This document shows, piece by piece, positions 60,601 through 64,000 of a DNA stretch of 64,000 nucleotides (the first letter of the stretch is position 1; each line of letters opens with the position of its first letter). The DNA is from Bacteroidetes bacterium CG12_big_fil_rev_8_21_14_0_65_60_17 (GTDB lineage Bacteria; Bacteroidota; Rhodothermia; Rhodothermales; UBA10348). Location: positions 69,930 through 133,929 of the forward strand of contig PCUY01000057.1 in assembly GCA_002787815.1 (NCBI GenBank). Direction: 5' to 3'. The position numbers and the translations under genes are program-made. The notes beneath the pieces are model-generated. The model was not told the origin of the DNA, made no database searches, and saw only the letters and a list, made by a program, of their open reading frames with translations.

Positions 60601-61372
60601 CAAGAGGCACGGGCTGGCCACGCGTTGCCATCTTTTCATACAGCGGAATGATGTCCGTTCGAATGGAGACATGGTCTTCGATCCCGGGGGAGTCGACAAT
60701 GCGAGCTGTGATGGTGTATGACGCCGCCGTGACGGCTTCCGTGTCGCTGTTGGTTGTGAGGGAGATGGGGACCACCGCGGATTCACCCGATTCAAGCTCC
60801 AGACTGTGGGCACCAAGGTGTAATTGTCCGGCATCGGATCCATCCCAGGAGAGCGCCATGCTGGCACGTGCGTTCCCGTCGTTGAATACGGTCAGTGCGG
60901 CCTGGACGGTCTTCCCGGCTGCAACAAAGGGCGGCGTTGATTCCATGTGCATTGACAGACCGTACTGCGTATCGACGGAAACGCTGACCGTTTCGGAGGC
61001 AGATAATTCCGTTTGACCAGGGGCAGAGACAGAGAACGTGACGTCATACGAACCGGCCAGGAACAGGTCAGGGACGTGGACGCTGACCAGGCGGACAACA
61101 GGATTTTCAGGACGGACTGTCATTTCCGACTGCGGGCGGAGACTTCTCCAGCCCGCCGGCATGTCAATACGGGGTGTCAGTGTGGCCAAGCCGGATCCGG
61201 AGAGTTCGACCCTGAATGCCAGTGTCATGACGTCGCCAGGTGCAACGCGGATGGGTGACTGGCCGACAAGGGAAACGAAAACAGAGTCGGGTCCTGAAAC
61301 GATTTCAGCCGCCCCCTGTGGGGGGACGGCTAAAAACATGATAAACAACACTATGTGTCGAAGCAGAGGCAC
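57611..61372 (-). CDS. 1253-aa multidomain envelope protein: signal peptide, two Ig-like (NEW3/CARDB-like) domains, ~440-aa beta-barrel-like region, two CarboxypepD_reg-like domains, Pro/Ser-rich linker, 3-TM MscS-like C-terminal module
   Basis: Single uninterrupted ORF. The GTG start (cac 61370-61372) directly abuts the TAA of the upstream gene. Domain calls come from motif reading: PAGWRSL..VHVPDLFLAGSYDV (NEW3-like); alternating strands LHVAKLGVTYS / WLSISASGDRY / TYRSLTFQASKQF / MEFRMGVTVPLG; GHVYHGDTGIPIEGVLL..SDAHGKFRI and TDRNGSFTVRGVPAGSYVLRLL (CarboxypepD_reg-like); SPSPPPAPAPDSSPSPSPS; TM helices at aa ~1003-1100; TGESVVLNPAAMLGPAVTFLDNA (MscS beta-domain-like). Confidence 0.85.
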   Translation of the reverse strand: MPLLRHIVLFIMFLAVPPQGAAEIVSGPDSVFVSLVGQSPIRVAPGDVMTLAFRVELSGSGLATLTPRIDMPAGWRSLRPQSEMTVRPENPVVRLVSVHVPDLFLAGSYDVTFSVSAPGQTELSASETVSVSVDTQYGLSMHMESTPPFVAAGKTVQAALTVFNDGNARASMALSWDGSDAGQLHLGAHSLELESGESAVVPISLTTNSDTEAVTAASYTITARIVDSPGIEDHVSIRTDIIPLYEKMATRGQPVPLALTMEAIGNERGTQPVAHISTAFDAFNGDVEVVGTLAGNSSQGLLGARDEFRISYTSEKVEVVVGDHAQNMSRLTTWGVYRLGASSRMLFNAWDVTLLGSRSRSYAPDDALAGVSVRRHLNTSSFFSANLLTRKGLYSGSIATLAYDWTPAGSRSLIGAECGLSGSGRLSDPSCRVETAYTRGPVQSRMEALSAATSLPGSQSGTRSFSESVRLKLLPGLQLEESFQVQYRNSDLGSNRVLHVAKLGVTYSRRIHATTWTTSARATRDRIVLRTPDHRLSSESRVLRATTGLQRSRMGITATRDFGQRIDQDNRASPTHRTRLQARISPTRWLSISASGDRYSDFLISSRIRQQYEQYGIRAGVQLPAQLHVSVGGIQNRVTGRETQTYRSLTFQASKQFESGSRAFVQSQTSMSDGRSSDRKMEFRMGVTVPLGIPVPRSSDASLDVLHGHVYHGDTGIPIEGVLLRYGSHLVISDAHGKFRIPKSMGHSEYLEVNQVSLPNGMVTLTEMPYLVGADAGTIDIPVVSAGSVSGHVARLGPPGEAGLLHRDVGSGMVEKERIVGAVIELRSDARSWRVRTDRNGSFTVRGVPAGSYVLRLLSADRLPAYHTFAEQEYSITVTGGAVTTRYFEAVPVKRTIRFQDTGSSGSLQLGSPSPPPAPAPDSSPSPSPSQFRGSTSSPRPIQHDADTLAASAVLMPVIPPVEDTAHPDESAVPAQEYDLSRGRSRDHSAASPGFVVPLPPVTPVAVLLWILSFLSYVIAADLVIRHVVRTRHTELGNISHLRDSHLLWYVRQCLLYALLLAGVVTVLGPLAGISTALALCAVSIAIESSSAIQLVVAMTSWRWKLRAANRFVVLFHGVRARDIKLSRSTVRLDLTTGESVVLNPAAMLGPAVTFLDNAQAVSLCVPVSRSANLATIRDELTTFMREHLHDGAQDSLHIFWEDVDSETTNVHVSAVTDRAVSQVQLLRQVTGLMAPHQENNVARIFHFPGRAA
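58373..58660 (-). other. Pro/Ser/Ala-rich low-complexity linker (aa ~905-1000) inside the 1253-aa ORF
   Basis: Translation: GSSGSLQLGSPSPPPAPAPDSSPSPSPSQFRGSTSSPRP...PVIPPVEDTAHPDESAVPAQ...SPGFVVPLPP. Confidence 0.8.
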
Positions 61373-62185
61373 TTAGTTGATGGCAAGAGTGTATTCGGCT
61401 CCGAAGACTTCGTTCATTCCAGCGTCCATGATTACAAGGGCCTTGTACTCACCTTGAGGTAGCGATCCGAGTACGATTTTCTGTTTTACGGATGTCCCCG
61501 GATAGATCCTGTTTTTGAATCCATCCCGTTTTCCGACCGGATTGCCCATGGCATCGTAGAGTTCGATCCAGATATCGGGCTGTGCCAATCGGTTTCCGTT
61601 GTTCACGATGGAAACATCCAATTGGGCGTGACCTTGTTCGTTTTTTACAAGTGTGCTTTCCATGATGTTCAGGAGACTTGATCCGGTTCCTGTGATATGG
61701 GTAGCAACTTGTATGCCATACCGGGTAATCTGTCGAATACCGAATTCTGCCTTCGTAGAGTCTGCATTGGTACGCGACTCCGGTGAATCCACGGGGATAC
61801 CCTCGACCATTATCATGCTCCACCAGGAACCGGAAAGGGTATCAGAGTCGGGAACGTGTACCGCGTACGGGATGGAAACAGTCTGAAGGGGTGGAACGCT
61901 TGTGGAGGAGAGACCGAGATCAATCCAGCGTGCATTGGATCGGGCCAGGGCTCCCGGTGCGCCGAAGAAGTTGGATCCATCGAAATGGAACGAATAATCG
62001 GTCTGGTAAATCCGGATTTCCTCCATCACGTTCGAGTCGTTCCGGACCGAAATCGTGCCGTGGTATGTGGTGCCGGGTTCGGCAACCTGGTCATGACTCA
62101 GTTGGCTCCGTACGGAAATCTGCGCTTCGGCGACAGATGTGCCGCATAGTGCAAGTAAAAGTGTAGGTAAAACAAGACGTGTCAT
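61373..62185 (-). CDS. 270-aa secreted two-beta-sandwich protein, DUF916/DUF3324 (CscA-like) architecture; candidate periplasmic chaperone/assembly factor
   Basis: Signal peptide MTRLVLPTLLLALCGTSVAEAQ. Domain 1: EPGTTYHGTISVRNDSNVMEEIRIYQTDY...VPPLQTVSIPYAVHVPDSDTLSGSWWSMIMVE...RYGIQVATHI. Domain 2: AQLDVSIVNNGNRLAQPDIWIELYD...IYPGTSVKQKIVLGSLPQGEYKALVIMD...FGAEYTLAIN. ATGA overlap with the upstream gene. No C-terminal TM anchor. Confidence 0.8.
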   Translation of the reverse strand: MTRLVLPTLLLALCGTSVAEAQISVRSQLSHDQVAEPGTTYHGTISVRNDSNVMEEIRIYQTDYSFHFDGSNFFGAPGALARSNARWIDLGLSSTSVPPLQTVSIPYAVHVPDSDTLSGSWWSMIMVEGIPVDSPESRTNADSTKAEFGIRQITRYGIQVATHITGTGSSLLNIMESTLVKNEQGHAQLDVSIVNNGNRLAQPDIWIELYDAMGNPVGKRDGFKNRIYPGTSVKQKIVLGSLPQGEYKALVIMDAGMNEVFGAEYTLAIN

Positions 62186-62667
62186 TGTGCCAGAAGGGTA
62201 TAGGTTACTGTGTGCGTATCGTCTCCGTGTGTTTGACTGTTGCCGTCCGCAACACGTGCTGAGGCCCGGTATCGAAGCAGTCCGGTACCCTGTTGGGATC
62301 GGGATCCGGGCAGGATATTCGTGAGGATGTCTTCATCGAACATGCCATCGACGAGTTCGACCTCGGGGTGCATATCGACCATGCTTCCGGTTCCATAACT
62401 GGTTACCTGCAATTCCACGAACAACCGAAAGTGCTGTGAGGTAGCCATGGTTGAGACCACGAGTTTGGCGGGAACGCCGAGATTGGCGTCCCAGAATATT
62501 CGCGTACCGGCATCCGTGGCATCGACAGGCTCTCCGCCGGGCGGAGCTTCCGATATCTCGAGTGTAATGGGGCCACCACCGGTCAGGAATTCAAGCCTCT
62601 GCGCATCGACACTTGTCGCAGAGGTACCCATTATAATGACTGCTAATATGTAGCGTAACAACGACAT
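62182..62667 (-). CDS. small secreted beta-rich protein, divergent member of the local three-gene family (candidate minor subunit)
   Basis: 161 aa. Signal peptide MSLLRYILAVIIMGTSATSVDAQ. Shares the family layout and the C-terminal HTVTYTL motif with the two upstream paralogues. Starts 8 nt after the upstream stop. Confidence 0.75.
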   Translation of the reverse strand: MSLLRYILAVIIMGTSATSVDAQRLEFLTGGGPITLEISEAPPGGEPVDATDAGTRIFWDANLGVPAKLVVSTMATSQHFRLFVELQVTSYGTGSMVDMHPEVELVDGMFDEDILTNILPGSRSQQGTGLLRYRASARVADGNSQTHGDDTHTVTYTLLAQ

Positions 62668-62675
62668 GTGCCCAG

Positions 62676-63248
62676 TCAGTTGGATGTCAACGTGAAGGTT
62701 ACTCGGCGCGATATGCCTGCAGTGCCAGTTGGTGCGACCGTGATATCGGCATGGCCTGTGTAGGTTATCCCGAGGTTGGTCGCAGCAATCAGGTTGACAC
62801 CTTTGACGAGGTCGACCGGATCGCTGCTGAGTATTCGACGGGTGGCCGTTGCGCCCGGAGGAGGCGTGAGTTCGACCGACAGTTCCATACCGGCAGGAAA
62901 TTCCGTATCGAGTGACCCCACGATTTTCTTGTCACTTCCGTTGACCGTGAGTGCATAGGTCGACCCGGAGTGGGTGACCGGTGAGAGCGGCGTTCCTGCT
63001 TCCGCCTCGGCAATGGGGATCAGTACGTCACCGCTTATTGCGATCCGGTTTATTTCCAGCACGCGAACCGTGACTGTCTGGGAGAGCGATACCTGGTTTC
63101 CGGCAAGTGGAATGGCGTCCGGAAGGGGAGGTGGAGTCTGGGCCCACGCAGACGGGGACAGCCCAAGCAGCGCCACAACACACGCCGAAAAGAGAGAAAG
63201 GGCCCATGCCGCGAGTCCAACAGTCTTATAACGCTGTGGATGCACCAT
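62676..63248 (-). CDS. small secreted beta-rich protein, paralogue 2 (has an extra Pro-rich N-terminal extension after the signal peptide)
   Basis: 190 aa. Signal peptide ending SPSAWA-QTPPPLPDAIPLAG. Clear by-eye paralogy to 63289-63774. AAGGAG lies ~8 nt upstream of the ATG. Confidence 0.8.
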   Translation of the reverse strand: MVHPQRYKTVGLAAWALSLFSACVVALLGLSPSAWAQTPPPLPDAIPLAGNQVSLSQTVTVRVLEINRIAISGDVLIPIAEAEAGTPLSPVTHSGSTYALTVNGSDKKIVGSLDTEFPAGMELSVELTPPPGATATRRILSSDPVDLVKGVNLIAATNLGITYTGHADITVAPTGTAGISRRVTFTLTSN

Positions 63249-63288
63249 GGACCCTTCTCCTTTTCTGCTTGATCAACAACGACAGCGG

Positions 63289-63774
63289 TCAGTTGGTAAT
63301 CGTGTACGTGACGGTGTAACCGGTCGACACCAGTTTGCCAGCTGCGGCCGTTGCCGAGAACGTGTAGTTCAAGGCCAGTCCGGACGCGGCTATGGTAGAC
63401 ATGCCGGTCACGACATCGGATGCAGTTTCCGTCAATGCAACGTCCGTGCTGCCCGTTGCACCGAGGGGTGCAGCCGCATCCACGACCAGTGACATGTTCG
63501 CCGGAAGGTTGGTATCAATCTCCGCCGTGATCTTCTTGGCCGACTCGTTCGTCGTGACGGCATACGAGGCTGAACCGGATACCGGATCCGGATCGGAACC
63601 CGGCGTCGCCTGGTCGATGGTCAGTGTGACGTCGCCCGTGATGGCCAGGACATTGATGGCCGCCACCTCCATGGTGACGGTATGGCCTTCGGTATCTGTC
63701 TGGGCAAATGCGACATGCGACACACCGAGTGCGACGAACATGGCGAGCGCAAATGCACGTAGTGTTCTATTCAT
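63289..63774 (-). CDS. small secreted beta-rich protein, paralogue 1 (first gene of the operon; candidate major subunit)
   Basis: ATG 63774 (ORF open to 63879) gives MNRTLRAFALAMFVALGVSHVAFA-QTDTEG. A perfect AAGGAGGT lies 8 nt upstream. 161 aa, Thr/Ala/Val/Ser-rich, no Cys. Confidence 0.8.
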   Translation of the reverse strand: MNRTLRAFALAMFVALGVSHVAFAQTDTEGHTVTMEVAAINVLAITGDVTLTIDQATPGSDPDPVSGSASYAVTTNESAKKITAEIDTNLPANMSLVVDAAAPLGATGSTDVALTETASDVVTGMSTIAASGLALNYTFSATAAAGKLVSTGYTVTYTITN

Positions 63775-63782
63775 GGTATTGT

Positions 63783-63790
63783 ACCTCCTT
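63783..63790 (-). promoter_or_regulatory. Shine-Dalgarno sequence AAGGAGGT, 8-nt spacer to the ATG of the first small-subunit gene
   Basis: Plus strand acctcctt at 63783-63790. This is the strongest SD I noticed in the window. Confidence 0.6.
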
Positions 63791-63809
63791 GTACAGACTG
63801 TGAGTGAAA

Positions 63810-63828
63810 TCGGAGGCCTGTCCTCCGA
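63810..63828 (-). promoter_or_regulatory. 7-bp stem / 5-nt loop hairpin in the leader of the operon (tcggagg-cctgt-cctccga); role unknown (5'-UTR structure or terminator of an upstream gene)
   Basis: Read directly. On the minus strand it is followed by TTTCAC and lies 36-54 nt upstream of the ATG. Confidence 0.3.
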
Positions 63829-64000
63829 CTCAAACCGGGTATCGTCTGCTTTCCGGGTTCCTGAAGCCATGAATTGCATGACGACGTTACCGTTTCAAGA
63901 ACGACAAGGTCTTGGTAACACTAAGCCCGCCAACACGTAATCGGTATGCGTAAAGGCCTGATGTGACGCCCTGGGGACGCCACATGACATCGTGCCAACC

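Noticed and set aside
57611-61372. Considered annotating the 1253-aa protein directly as a FimD/PapC-family usher and the 270-aa protein as a PapD-family chaperone.
   Set aside because: I cannot identify family-specific sequence motifs for either. The similarity is in operon logic and domain order only, so it is reported as a hypothesis rather than an annotation.
57611-63879. Considered calling the operon region a horizontally acquired island or mobile element.
   Set aside because: I see no integrase, transposase, flanking tRNA or direct repeats. Base composition and codon style look like the rest of the window by eye; this was not computed.

Overview
This is a densely packed 64-kb chromosomal segment from a moderately GC-rich diderm bacterium. 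The gene content looks FCB-group (Bacteroidota/Rhodothermota-like): a NagB-LmbE fusion, a DUF4270-like lipoprotein next to a truncated GT5 'glycogen synthase', sucC without sucD, and BamA followed by two Skp/OmpH genes. That taxonomic call is inference only. I can support about 51 protein-coding genes. Most are housekeeping or envelope biogenesis: tyrA (partial), gcdH, nagB fusion, rsgA, topA, ppdK, lon, a hybrid histidine kinase, cystathionine beta-synthase, an LptF/G permease, sucC, lptD, a ROK glucokinase, ftsB, eno, glgC, a pyrF fusion, serS, dxr-rseP-uppS-bamA-skp-skp, panB, surE, osmC and a secreted pullulanase. I recognised no rRNA, tRNA, CRISPR array, transposase or integrase. The stand-out region is 57.6-63.8 kb on the minus strand. 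It is a five-gene, translationally coupled operon: three paralogous small secreted beta-rich proteins, then a 270-aa two-beta-sandwich secreted protein, then a 1253-aa protein. The 1253-aa protein has an usher-like domain order (N-terminal Ig-like domains, a putative beta-barrel, two C-terminal carboxypeptidase-regulatory-like domains). It then continues through a Pro/Ser-rich linker into a 3-TM MscS-like module. The layout mimics chaperone-usher (Csu-type) operons, but I can see no canonical PapD, FimD or SCPU signatures. The middle protein instead resembles the DUF916/DUF3324 (CscA-like) architecture of Gram-positive WxL surface-complex clusters. I propose it as a candidate undescribed surface-fibre or cell-surface-complex assembly system. 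All family assignments come from reading the translations by eye; no searches or computations were run.
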